Under the pieces are notes generated by a model. That model saw only the letters and a program-made list of their open reading frames with translations. It was not told where the DNA came from and did no database searches. The position numbers were made by a program, and so were the translations under genes. DNA of 47,889 bases from Stramenopiles sp. TOSAG23-3. Taxonomy: Eukaryota. The stretch is from positions 1-47,889 of the forward strand of contig LT642166.1 of NCBI GenBank assembly GCA_900128585.1. Reading direction: 5' to 3'. This document shows, piece after piece, positions 31,318 to 42,750 of this stretch (position 1 is its first letter; the number at the start of each line of letters is the position of its first letter).

Positions 31318-32025
31318 GGTTATTAACGTCCGCACGATGGTACTAGAACTGCCCACTGCAACGACAACGACACCGTCTTGTGTTTCAAAACTTATGAAAT
31401 CAATCTTTTGCAGTCTGGGGTAGAGTCTCACCGATTTTATTCCTCTGTTTAATGTAAATGTCTTTGAAATGTTGTGAATAATAGAATGTTCTCCGTCGTA
31501 ATAAATAATAATGAAAGAGAGTTGAAGAGAGTAGCCGTTACCCATATTACATCCACACATCATTGTACCGTAATGTAATCATTTTTTGTTGTTGTCAATA
31601 ATAATCATTATTATTATTACAGCTTTATTTCATCAGACGCGACGGACTCTAAAAAAAAAAAACACAACGTGTATTATTATACTGTGTAATTAGTCTATAC
31701 TAATAACAATCAAAGCAAATTGTTTTTTTTTTGAAAAACGGATTCGAATAATCAACCTGCTACGGTGATGTATCTAACTACTCTCTATTATTTAAGTAAT
31801 TTTATTATATATTATAATAATAATAATTAAAAAAAAATACTTCAAGTTCGTTTTTTTAATTATTTGGTAGGTACAGGTACCTGGTATTGTCCAATATCGT
31901 ACCGTTTGTACCTGGTGGTTTAGCATGAATAAATATATGTGCATCATAATAATAATATACTATTCCCGCTACCGTTTTAGAAGGGTTTAAATACACTCTT
32001 CTTGTTCAAATAAACACCGTAAGAC

Positions 32026-33807
32026 TCACGCCACTTCAAAACTTGCATGAGTCAATGCTTTGTCCAACAAAGTTGACGCAAAAGTATTTCCTGGTCTAAG
32101 GCCAAGCGATTGGTGGTATAGCTCAATGGCTTTAATAAAGCTGCCTTTCAAATGATAGGTAAGGCCAAGGGCTGCGTAAAGGTCTCCTTGCCTGGGTTCA
32201 ATTCCAATCGATCGCTTGTAGCATCGTATTGCTTCGTCATAATTTCCAATTTTACGGTAAGCGTGCCCTAAGTTAGACAAGAAAGTCGCTGACTCGCGCT
32301 TCGATAGATTCAAAGCATTTTTGAAAAATGAAATAGACTCCTCATAGAAACCCTGCTTATACTTTACTACCCCAATTTCATTCAACACGGACGGGTCCGA
32401 TGAACACATCTTCGAGCTTTGCAACAGCAGCTGCTCTGCCAGTTTCAAATTATTCGTCCGAATAAATTCCATTCCAGTGCACAGAAGTGGAACGTGCGAC
32501 CCTGGGAACAAACGAGCTGCTGTACGATAAGCAGCCATGGCTTGGTCGCTCTCGTCCTGGGCAGTGAACGCAATGCCGAATCCAATCCAGGCTGGGGCAA
32601 ATTGGGGCTCTATAGTGGTGGCTTTGTTGAAGTACCGCCTGGCAGCATCAAACTTTTTTACTGTAAAATAGTAACCCCCTACGGCAAACCACGAGACAGC
32701 CTTGTCGGGGTACGTGTCCACCAAATTATGCGCAATAAGAAAAAGGTCGCTTTTTCTGGCAAGTCCTACCAATGCTGTGATGTGGATCACGACGCACCCC
32801 ATATGGAACGGGTCTCTTTTTCTAACCGACGACGTGATTTCTAAGGCACGCGCTGGCTCGTTTTGCCGGAGAAAACAATTCGCTTTCGCTACCGCAACAT
32901 CCGAGTTCTCCTTCATGCCATAACTTTCTTCGACGACTTTGAACCGTTCGTTGATTTCCAATTGGTTGCTTTGGTGGAGAATTTTGGAATGGTAAAAGTC
33001 GCGCAACCACGCAGATTCGGGAGTAAACTGCATCTGTTCGAGTAGCATCACTTCCTCCGAAGCCGACAGGAGATGGTGGTCAATAAGGGTTTCAAAAGCC
33101 TCAGAGCAGAAAATATCGTTCTCGAGGGTAAGCTTGTAGCATTCGATTGCCCGCTCCCGGTTGTCGAGAGCCTCGTAGGCCTTCCCTAATATGAGGGCAT
33201 GCTTCCCTTTGAAACCTCGTGCTTTGCTCGACAAGCTCTCCCCCGATTGGGCACCATCCAAAAGTCCAGGAGACAGTTTCTTGACGCACTCCTCGTACTG
33301 CTCCGTCGCCAGGTAACACCGCCCGGCCATCAGTAGAATATCGTTCGATAATTCGGGGGGTATATTTCGGCGCACCTCGGGAGCCATCAACTCGTTATGG
33401 TTGAATAAGTGTAGCACTCTGAAAAATTCTCTGTTCGCAAAATAAGCGCGAGCGAGCAAAAATACATCAGCCGGTGAGTTTTCAGTGGCTGTGACTAAAA
33501 TATTTGCATAAAAAATTGCACTTTTGAATGTGCAGCTCTTAATAGAATCAAGAATTAGCCCGCGCAGTTCAGCTAACTCTGGAAAACCGTTCTCAGCCCT
33601 TGCACGTCCTTTGTCATCTTCAGTGCTGTAGCCACCTGACACACCGCCAAAAGAGGGCGAAAACGAAGAGGTTTCAATGGGTGGAGGCAGATTCAACTTG
33701 AATGCCGAGGACGGGGCGACTGGACCTACCTCCGGACTAGCTTCCCCAAGAGAGCTTGACGTATCACCCTCAAGGTACGAACTATCAACTTCCATGCTGG
33801 AATCCAT
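32026..33807 (-). CDS. CDC16: Anaphase-promoting complex subunit 6 (TPR protein)
   Basis: LFLIAHNLVDTYPDKAVSWFAVGGYY, ARRYFNKAT, PAWIGFG...ESDQAMAAYRTAARLFPGSHVPLL, NLGHAYRK. Confidence 0.96.
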   Translation of the reverse strand: MDSSMEVDSSYLEGDTSSSLGEASPEVGPVAPSSAFKLNLPPPIETSSFSPSFGGVSGGYSTEDDKGRARAENGFPELAELRGLILDSIKSCTFKSAIFYANILVTATENSPADVFLLARAYFANREFFRVLHLFNHNELMAPEVRRNIPPELSNDILLMAGRCYLATEQYEECVKKLSPGLLDGAQSGESLSSKARGFKGKHALILGKAYEALDNRERAIECYKLTLENDIFCSEAFETLIDHHLLSASEEVMLLEQMQFTPESAWLRDFYHSKILHQSNQLEINERFKVVEESYGMKENSDVAVAKANCFLRQNEPARALEITSSVRKRDPFHMGCVVIHITALVGLARKSDLFLIAHNLVDTYPDKAVSWFAVGGYYFTVKKFDAARRYFNKATTIEPQFAPAWIGFGIAFTAQDESDQAMAAYRTAARLFPGSHVPLLCTGMEFIRTNNLKLAEQLLLQSSKMCSSDPSVLNEIGVVKYKQGFYEESISFFKNALNLSKRESATFLSNLGHAYRKIGNYDEAIRCYKRSIGIEPRQGDLYAALGLTYHLKGSFIKAIELYHQSLGLRPGNTFASTLLDKALTHASFEVA

Positions 33808-34890
33808 GTTGAGTGTAAACTTTGCAAAAAAAAGTGTCCTTTTTCAATCCACAATAGAATCGTTTACGGTTTCTTATGTAAAATTCATCATTTTCATTCA
33901 AATGTTTTTCTTAAACATCATCTGCCTAAGCTGTATATTTAAGTGCCCCCAAGAAAGATAGATGGCCACGACGGACAACAACAGAACTTCAAATTTCTTC
34001 TTCTTTTTTTAAAAATAATAATACAGACAACAGGAACACAGCACAACTCAATCAACTCTAAATTTAACAAAATAATAGAGGAGTCTCCAAGTCTTCTTCC
34101 TTCTTCTTCTTCATCATAATTCAAATAACAACAACAGGTAAACAACAAGACACAAACAAGAACACCAAAAAAAAAGAAAAATTCTTAAAATAAATTGTAA
34201 AAATAATAATAAATAAAAAACCCTAGATTGCTATCGGCGTATTGTCTTGTATTCATTTTATACTAGTACTAAGTACAAAAAATTGTAGACTTGGAAATTC
34301 TTCTGTATTTTTTTAGATTTAGTTTTTTTAGTAATTATTTTTATTTTTAAAATTGTACAGTAGTATATAATACGAGGAGCTGTGTGCTGTGTGTTGTTAT
34401 TTATTATTATTTTTTATTATTAGATCATGTTGTGTATATAATAGCTGGTGTTGAAAATTGAAAAACACAAAACAGAAAGAAAGAAAGAAGTGCGTTGTGT
34501 GTGTGTGTGTTGTTTGTGGGTGCTCTGTTGTTCTGCGGAGTTCGTAATTATTTATAATAATTAAGAAAAGAAAAAAAGAAAAAGTGGTTGTTATATTAAT
34601 AATAGTTGATGGTAATAAAATTTGATTTTGTAGTGATTACTGAACTCAACTACTCCCCTACCTTCGTATCGTACTTTGATCATGGACCCACTGTACGAAC
34701 GCTAGACCTTCTGGATGAATATGTTAGTTTTTCTTGAGATGAATACTTTTCATGGAAAATACGTGGAGAACTGCAAATAATTGTTTGTGTTATTGATCGA
34801 AGGTCTGTTTGTTCTTCTGCCACGGCCTGTCCACACAAAAAGTTCGTTTGTTTGGTTATGGTGGTGTGAACAAGCTGGTACAATAAGACG

Positions 34891-36435
34891 ATGGCCAACC
34901 CTTTTACAGAAAAGTACTGTGAAGACGAAGACCTTTTCCCGACTATAAAAATGAAGACTGAGCCAGACGCTGCCAAAGATAAGAGTTACCGCAAGTCAGG
35001 TGGAGGAAAATGTGCTGCGTGCTGCGTGAAATTTTGCCAATGTCTTTTTTTTGTCGTGAACTGCTGCGGGACGAGAGGCCCGTGCACCCCATTCCGTATG
35101 CGGTACTGGGCAATCGTTCTAGGGATTGCTTTCACGATCATTAGTACCATTATAATCAGCGTGGATTTGTATCGCAACGGAACACAGCCACACCTGCTAG
35201 CGTGGTTTAGCGGAGGGATGTTCGTCCTCATGGCGATCCCATTAGCGCTGTACGAAATTTTTATGCACTTGGTGTGGTACGTTCAGCCCGACAGTCAAAG
35301 ATATATAATTAGAATAATCTGGATGGTCCCAGTGTACGCGATAGAGTCGTGGTTGGCGCTGCGTTTCAAAGAATATGCACTGTATATGCAAGCAGCCAGG
35401 GAATTTTATGAAGCTTTTGTTATTCTGTCATTTCTCCAGTATTTATTGAACCATTTGGGCAAAACAGATGACGAAAGAGCAAGTAGAATCAAAAGGGAAG
35501 CGACAATTGGTCACAGTTTCCCTTTTTCCTGCTGTGTCAAAAAATGGGAAATGGGTCACGGTAAGTAACGATTATATTTTAACCCCTGCCTTCAACACCC
35601 ACTAACACACATGTTTATATGTTCACGCAGAATTTCTCGCAAAATGCAAGTTCGGAGTTCTCTCATACGTCGTTGCAAAGACTTTCACAGCGACCGTGAC
35701 TTTTTTTTGTGTCCGTGATGGTACCTTTGGCGAGGGAACTTTAAACCCACTGGTAAGTATTTCTCTGTCATCCCCCCTCCCCCCCCAACTGCTGTCCGTG
35801 TGCTGACTGGTCTCCGTTTTCAGAAAGGGTATATTTGGGTTGCAACAATTGACAACGTATCTCAATTGTGGGCATTGTACTGTCTTGTGTTGTTTTATCA
35901 AGGGCTCCACAAACTGCTAGAACCGTTAAATCCGCTGGGTAAATTTGTCACTGTAAAAGCGGTCGTTTTTTTCTCGTATTGGCAATCTTTAGCAATTGCT
36001 ATTGCCGTAGCAAATGGGTACATAACTCAAACCCCATTTTACGACACCGATGACGTCGCCAGGGCTGTCCAAAATTGGTTAATATGCGTAGAAATGTTTT
36101 TGGCATCATTGGCCCACCGATATTCGTTCTCCTACACAGAGTATTCCGATAATGGAACAGCTCCGGGGATATGCCGTTTTTTTCTGGCATTTTTTGACTC
36201 GACAATACCATTGGATTTCGTATTTGAATTGGGGGCATTGCCGTCATTGTACCGTGAAACGCAAAATTACTCCTACCAGAATGTTACCACAGAGTCAGAT
36301 GGCTCTGACGAGTTAGATGGAGAGAATGCATTTGATCCCCAAAACTCGCTTGATGACGGGTTTGGCGAAATATTAAATGTTTCCAAATCAGAGAGTGTCT
36401 TTAGCGATGACAAGAAATGGAAATTGAAGGTCTGA
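34891..36435 (+). CDS. TMEM184: TMEM184/OST-alpha family transporter; exons 34891-35560, 35631-35752, 35824-36435
   Basis: QRYIIRIIWMVPVYAIESW, REFYEAFVI, NVSQLWALYCLVLFY, KFVTVKAVVFFSYWQ, QNWLICVEM. Splicing the two GT-AG introns gives one continuous frame (..MGH-E-FLAKCKFG..NPL-KGYIW..). Confidence 0.93.
35561..35630 (+). other. Spliceosomal intron, 70 nt
   Basis: GTAAGT donor, CACTAAC branch site, CGCAG acceptor; restores the frame. Confidence 0.9.
35753..35823 (+). other. Spliceosomal intron, 71 nt
   Basis: GTAAGT donor, GCTGAC branch site, TTTTCAG acceptor; phase 0, in frame. Confidence 0.9.
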
Positions 36436-36949
36436 GAGGAAGTAATTTTCTTGACTTATAATTCCATAGATGGATTCTGCATAGTCCACACAGGCAATAA
36501 AACGTTCGAGTACGGTACCTGTACCGGTTTTGTATTTTTTTATTATTTATCGTTAAATATTACAGCAACTGCTTCCAATAATTTTTGTACTTGTATTAAA
36601 ATTACTTGTATTGTCGCTCCTTTTTTGTTTTTATTTTGTTCCGTTTTTTTCTTGTTGTAATAATAATAAAAAATAATATGAAAAAGAAAGCAAACAACAT
36701 CATCATATCATCATCGTACGGTAATTCCGGTAAGCCTCCTCCTCGATGCCTGATGTTCACTCACATTATTTGTCGCAATTGCATTTGCATTTCGGAGAGG
36801 CTTCCCATCGACCCATCAGAGAGCGAGAGACGGAGAAATAATTAAAACAGAAATACGTTTACAAATTACGTTCAGAGGGAAGGAAAGTATTTTTTTATAT
36901 GAAAATTGATTTTTGTTTGTGAAGTATTAACCGCGACAGAGAACACGTT

Positions 36950-39823
36950 ATGCTTTCAATATATAACACGGAGGAGTCGCTTTTGTCATTGTCCGGTGAA
37001 AGGAGGGCTACCGTAGATTCAATTTTTGAGTACTTGATCCAAGAACGATCGCACTTGCATCCAAATGAATTAACTCTGCCATTTGATGCTCTAGAAACAG
37101 CCTGCCGTGAAAGGAAGTGGAAGACCGCGCTGAACTTGCATTTTAACCCAACAGAGCGCGTTAACATAGCAAATTTTAGAAGTTTCCATTGCGTTGTTGG
37201 AAAAAATATCGACAATAATGAAGACTTTTCACAAATAGTCCAAAACATGTAAGTAATTTAGCACAATGAACTTTCACGAATAACTGACTAACGTTACCAA
37301 ATCCAGGTGGGTAAAGGGGATCCCTCTTCCAACTTATGTTGAATGGAAGGATGATGACCTCGGTGTTCAAAACCAAACCAAAGAAGACGTAATTCAGCAT
37401 TGGCAGGGCCTGGCTCCGTGGGACGCTAAAGCATCAAAGGCGAAAAAGAAGAAGAAATTAGGAAAAAAGAAGAATCGATCGAAACAAAAGGGTAAAAAAC
37501 TAGCTCGAAAACCGTTAGCTAGTGGAAATAAACTTGTTCCTGAGTCGGGAGAGAAAGCCCGCGATACGGATGCAACGGACTTGCAACGACGGAGTACGTC
37601 TCGTAGAAGAAATATTCCAGCGCCAGATAACATTCCAATACCTCCTGGAAAACGATGGTTTGACCATGTAGGCAAACCGTCGTTACTCTCAACCCGTCCC
37701 TCGTCCCCTTTCTTCAGCTTTGGGCAAAAACCAGGTCTCATTGGCATACCAACGAACACCGTCGAGGAAAAAAGTGATAGCATAATTAACGAAAAACTGT
37801 TGAAGAAAACTGAAAAAGACCCTCGCAAACCAATAACACCAAAGCATCTAGTTGCGTTTATGATCAACCTTGCATGCAGTGGTAGGGTGTCAATGTCATT
37901 GCACGGGTATGTACAATTTCAATGCAAAATGTGGGAAGTGCAAGATCATAGACTCGGTCAGATAGGAAAAATTTTGCAGTTCTTAAATGAGAGGAACAAT
38001 GATACTATAGAGACTGGAAACGTCATGTCTTCTCCGTGGCACCTGCGTCGCCTCTCGGAACCAGATGCTGTTCAGTTTGACGGTAAAAGCTCGTCTCTTA
38101 TTACTATGTATGCATTTGTTCGTCATCATCGCGAACAAATCGAGTCGGAAGTGTTGAACTCAGAGTCATTTAAAGTCTTAGTAAGTGATTTGTGGAAATG
38201 CGCTACTAACCTTCACAAAAATAGCAACTTTTCGTACGGCAAAAGATACTTGGCAAAGAAAACAAATTTGGATGACGATTGGCTGGGTGCGCCGTGGGAA
38301 GAAACAGAAACAGGCGACGATGTAGGCATAGAAGATTGTGTTTCTCGACCCTTGCGTCAGTGCTCTGCCAAGGACATCCTACACCGAGATGAGTATATAG
38401 CCCTCAGTATGTGTTTTTGGAGAATCATTGCTGGTGTAAATTTGCGGCTATTTTCTGGAGAAAATGACACCGTGCTGGATCCACTTCAGCATTTACTTAA
38501 CCCAGGGCAATGGTTAGGGTTAAAAGCGAGCTACAAAGTATATGCATATGATCTAGCGATGGGAGATTGGTTGTACGACACCGCAGTTCCAGGCGGTTCA
38601 AAGTCTACTTTTCAATTTTCAATAGGCAAGCAACAGTTTGAAAACAGCATTTTTAAACTTGCAACATTTTGGTAAGTGCTTCTTTTCCTTCTGCACCACA
38701 AACAAGTTTTCTCTAACCAAATTATTTTAGGAGTGAGGATGCTCGTGCAGAAACTGTAGTGGAGTTTTTAACATCGCTCGTCGCGGCAACGAAAACATTG
38801 ATAAAAAATAACAACATAGCTACATTTGATTCCTTTCCCGGACCACTTCCTATAAATCCGGTTACTTATAGCTCTGCGGCTAGCGCTATGAAAAGTTATT
38901 TAAAGGAAGGGGCATCGTCAAGGAGTCGAATTGAAACAGTTGATGAAGCCGATTGGAAAGAAGAAAATTGGCACTCTCAGTGTGAACGTTGTTACAAGTT
39001 TGAAGTAAATGCTTTGCAAAATAGGATTAGGCGGAATTTAAAGACTTCCAACTGCTTTTCGTTTCGAAGCAGAACCCCAATTATGGGATTGGCGCCTAAC
39101 AATGTACCAGGACCAGGAGCATATTATCGGGACACATCGTTTTCGGGGCCTTTTGAACATCATCCAGGATTCTCATTTGGCAACCCGAAGCCAAAACGGG
39201 AAGGGTCGAGATGGAGCAGCAGAAGCATGCCGTCGCTGAACGTCTCTTCCTCTTTGTATGATTTAAAAGTGCTGCAGGATAAAATATCGACATGTCGCCC
39301 TTACGATAGAAGTAATTACAAGAAAGTAGCAGAGGATTTAACGCGCAGAGAAATATTTATTCCACCTGTGGCGTCACAAAGAAGCATAAACAAAACCCGT
39401 TGTATCTCCAATTTTAAGGCACTGCATGCGCAGAAAGGCGTGTCGTCCTTGTCGGGACACATACACCCTGGCAGGCATGGTCTCTATCGACAAGGAAGAA
39501 AAAGAAGGCAAGTGTCATATAACGGACAATTAGGCGATAAAGTGAAACGACATGTAAATGCAGTTGATCGCCCGCGCACTGTGGATTATATTAAGTGGGG
39601 ACAGCAAAGAGCAGTATCTTCTTTGTTTAAAAAAGTATTGTCCGAATCACAGAGACATGAATATCCGCATTCTTCGGTTCTACTAAAAAGAGGGGCAGCC
39701 CCGCCCCCTTCGCCGATAAAGCCAATATCCAGGTTCCGCTCAGCCATTCGTGAATCCAAAGGAAAATCCTATCAAAGCGCAAAGTTGGAAATGGTAATAA
39801 TTAATCGTGCAAGCGCGCGATAA
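36950..39823 (+). CDS. Large hypothetical protein with a PGPGAY (SHIPPO/STPGR-like) motif; exons 36950-37248, 37307-38671, 38731-39823
   Basis: Three ORF-track segments join in frame through two canonical introns; VPGPGAYY...FSFG occurs in the last exon. Confidence 0.8.
37249..37306 (+). other. Spliceosomal intron, 58 nt
   Basis: GTAAGT...GACTAAC...CCAG; AT|G junction puts exon 2 in the frame of the 37581 ORF. Confidence 0.88.
38672..38730 (+). other. Spliceosomal intron, 59 nt
   Basis: GTAAGT...CTCTAAC...TTTTAG; TG|G junction is in frame with the 38759 ORF. Confidence 0.88.
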
Positions 39824-40362
39824 ATTATTTTCTTTCTTTTCTTTTAATATTAAATCCTATTGTTCAGCGAAGAAGTGATCTACTCACAAGAGTCTCCAAA
39901 GGTGGTTGATATTATCACAGACTTCGACTGGGATTCGGGTCGTTTTGTTGAGTTCAAATCGCCTTTCACAAGAAAAGAAATATTATCACCTGGTAATACT
40001 GTGATGATTGACAATCATCAACGACGAAAAAACGAAATTAAAAAATCAAATTAAAACATCAAGATAGGATTAGGGTTGGAACTGAAATAGTAATTGATTT
40101 AAATTATAATATAAAATATGAGAACTGATGTCTAATAACAACAAATTAAATTGATAACCTGGTATTATACCAATTTTTTGAACGGTTCTTTTTTTATTTA
40201 TACGGTTACAGATTTTCGCGAAAAAAGAACCTTGTATCGATTAAGGTGCGTCGTCCTTAAAACAGTAATCAGTACTGAGGAGAAATATTCTCGTAATCAA
40301 TCATATGTATCTCCTGGTGCACCAATTTCGCCAACGAAATACGGGGGGTGCACAGTCTAGGT

Positions 40363-42750
40363 TTAGCATATTGTGCAAGCGGCGCATCCCGCACCTGCCA
40401 AGACTGAATCATCATTGATGGCTTCTTCAACTTCGCGTACCTCATCCTTTTTGGTTTCGTCTTTGCACTTATAGTATAGCTCTGCTAAATTTGCAATATA
40501 GCCATTGCTCCCAGCCTTGGGGTTCGCCATAAGGTGGTCACTGAACATTCTGGTGTCACCAGTCATAAGGCAGATTCTGGGGTGGTTTTTTGGCAGTTGG
40601 TGCAGGCACAAGTACTTTTTTTCTTGAACTTTGATCCCTGGGAAAATTTCCCGCATATTCTCGTTTGCGTATTTATTGTTTAGTAGCACATCTCCTGCGA
40701 CTTTAGCAGTACTGTCAAGTATTTTTGCTAAAGAGGACATGTCAAACCAACCCTTATGCTCATACGAAATGTTGTAAATTTTTCCAGGGAGCCAAATGTT
40801 ATCGAATTCGTAGTCTCCCCACTGACGAGATAGTGCCATCAACCCTTTGTCTACGACTTCCCACGAGAATGCAATCATAGTGCGGCCGCCTCCTTTTGTC
40901 ATATCTTTCATGCTCGACCCCATCTTTTTTAAACTCCCCATACCTTTGGAGAACATTCCGCCTTTCTTCTCTGTGTTGCCATCGTCCTCTTTCTTTTCTT
41001 CGTTTTTTGGCTTACTCATTAATTTTTGAAGCGGGATGGGAAGTTTCAGCTCGTCAATGTAAGAACAGTTGTCGCTGCCCCACGTGTAGGCAGCAATGTT
41101 CTGCGGTGCCATTCGTGGTACAATATCATGTTGGTTTACGACGGTAGTAATGTAATCCTCAGTGTGCTTCAGGAAATTGTTTTTACTCATCTCCTCAGGC
41201 ATGTTCTTCGAGCCCTTGTTTCGTGGGTCGACAGGATCGTTCAAATTTAAGATCGGAGGGCAGCCATAACCATAGCATTTGACCTTGTCTGTAAACCCGC
41301 ACCCACCGTTCTCAAATGGTGTTTCCAACAACACTGCCAAGAGACTTGCACATGCCGCGCCAAGAGAGTGACCTACGCACGTTATTTTATTGCATTGCGC
41401 AGGCGAAAAGCAACTGCCGGTCATCAATCGTTTGACCTGTTGGTAGATGTCCATGCAAATAAAGATAGCTGCGCATTGCATCGCCATCTGGGCCATGCCC
41501 TGGTTGCATGCCGTTGGCATCGTCGCACACTTCAAATCGGCCAAACAGTCTGACAGATTCTGCGTGCCGCGGATGGCAATCAGACATTCTTTGGTGGCCT
41601 TGTTGACTGCAACAAAATATCGGGGAATCATAACAGTGAAGTTCTTTTTCCCGAGTTTATCTTTTGCCATGCTTTTCAGCCCACCCATCATCCCTTTCGG
41701 AGCTGCCTTTGGCATATTCTTTCGGCGGATGGACTCATCCACCGGCGTGCGGCCGTTATTTACCCGTTTTATCCACAATGCTTGCATCTGCTCAAACGTG
41801 CACTCTTTAATTTGACGACCCCCGTGCAGTCCAGTATACTCGTTTTTCTTGTTTCGTTCCCCGTACGGTTTTTCGTCGGGTACGTAGTCTGCCATTCGTT
41901 TCTGAAATTGTCCCATTAATCCCATCTTGTAGCCGTCCAAGGGTTCGGGGGACTTCAGTATTTTATTTTTCTCTTGCACAATAGTTTGTGCGTTTTGCAG
42001 CCATTCAAAGGGGTAGTCCGCATATGCAACTTCTGCAATTAGACAGTAGAAGAACACCTTGTCCATAAACTCAAAGCTCTCCTTGCCGGGCTGACCGACA
42101 CGTTCCATGCTTTTGTACACTTTTTCTAGTTCTTTCCTGCCAATCTTGATAGAATCGTCCCACCAATCGTTGCCGTGTGTGCCTTCAACACCGTACTTTT
42201 TAGGATCTTTCAGATCTTTGTTGTATAGTTTCTTGTTGGACTTTTTTTTTTTATTTCCAGGGTACAAATCGATGATTTTTTCTGAACGGTCTTCCAGCAA
42301 AAGCTTCCCATCACCACACTTCACTTCCTGTCTGGGCCCGTGGTACAAGTACGCTGGGAACATCTTTGCAGCGTCGGCAGTATAGTGAGTTAGTGGCATT
42401 TTGTCGAGTGTCCCGAGAAACAGATACTCCTGTATTTTTGCGTGCCGTTCGCACTTCCATATGTTGTATGGCATAAATAGGAAGAAGAAGTTCACCCAGT
42501 CAATTGCCTCGGGGTATTTGTATAGTTGCTTTATGCAATATAATGCTTGGAATATGTCGGCGGCACAGTCCACACCTTTGACCGCCGCCTTTTTAAGGAA
42601 TGCAAGTGCACCTTTTTTACCATGCTTGTCCAGTCTTAGCAACTTTGAGCCGCCACTGCCCATGTATTGTTCGGGCGTCTTTTTCGTGCCGCCGTCAAAG
42701 TCTTTAAAACCGGGCCCGCCCTTTGGGTTTATCTTCGTGGAAAATGGCAT
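40363..42750 (-). CDS. Class-3 lipase (DAG-lipase-like) with C-terminal CaaX-like motif
   Basis: LIAIRGTQNLSDCLADL, nucleophile elbow CVGHSLGAACA, CYGYGCPP, VVNQHDIVPR, FSDHLM; ends GCAACTIC. Start placed at MPFSTK (42750); upstream in-frame ATGs up to 42924 are possible. Confidence 0.9.
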   Translation of the reverse strand: MPFSTKINPKGGPGFKDFDGGTKKTPEQYMGSGGSKLLRLDKHGKKGALAFLKKAAVKGVDCAADIFQALYCIKQLYKYPEAIDWVNFFFLFMPYNIWKCERHAKIQEYLFLGTLDKMPLTHYTADAAKMFPAYLYHGPRQEVKCGDGKLLLEDRSEKIIDLYPGNKKKKSNKKLYNKDLKDPKKYGVEGTHGNDWWDDSIKIGRKELEKVYKSMERVGQPGKESFEFMDKVFFYCLIAEVAYADYPFEWLQNAQTIVQEKNKILKSPEPLDGYKMGLMGQFQKRMADYVPDEKPYGERNKKNEYTGLHGGRQIKECTFEQMQALWIKRVNNGRTPVDESIRRKNMPKAAPKGMMGGLKSMAKDKLGKKNFTVMIPRYFVAVNKATKECLIAIRGTQNLSDCLADLKCATMPTACNQGMAQMAMQCAAIFICMDIYQQVKRLMTGSCFSPAQCNKITCVGHSLGAACASLLAVLLETPFENGGCGFTDKVKCYGYGCPPILNLNDPVDPRNKGSKNMPEEMSKNNFLKHTEDYITTVVNQHDIVPRMAPQNIAAYTWGSDNCSYIDELKLPIPLQKLMSKPKNEEKKEDDGNTEKKGGMFSKGMGSLKKMGSSMKDMTKGGGRTMIAFSWEVVDKGLMALSRQWGDYEFDNIWLPGKIYNISYEHKGWFDMSSLAKILDSTAKVAGDVLLNNKYANENMREIFPGIKVQEKKYLCLHQLPKNHPRICLMTGDTRMFSDHLMANPKAGSNGYIANLAELYYKCKDETKKDEVREVEEAINDDSVLAGAGCAACTIC

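Noticed and set aside
31318-31563. 82-codon N-terminal extension of the RPxSA protein
   Set aside because: AT-rich, UTR-like composition; the downstream ATG at 31317 marks the start of protein-like sequence. Not fully excluded.
36732-36803. AAGCCTC...GAGGCTT stem suggesting a structured ncRNA
   Set aside because: A 7-bp stem only, with no snoRNA, tRNA or snRNA boxes recognised.
40213-40260. TTTTCGCGAAAA palindrome (E2F-like) and TTAAGG...CCTTAA hairpin
   Set aside because: Lies in a tail-to-tail spacer away from any promoter; isolated short palindromes are expected by chance.
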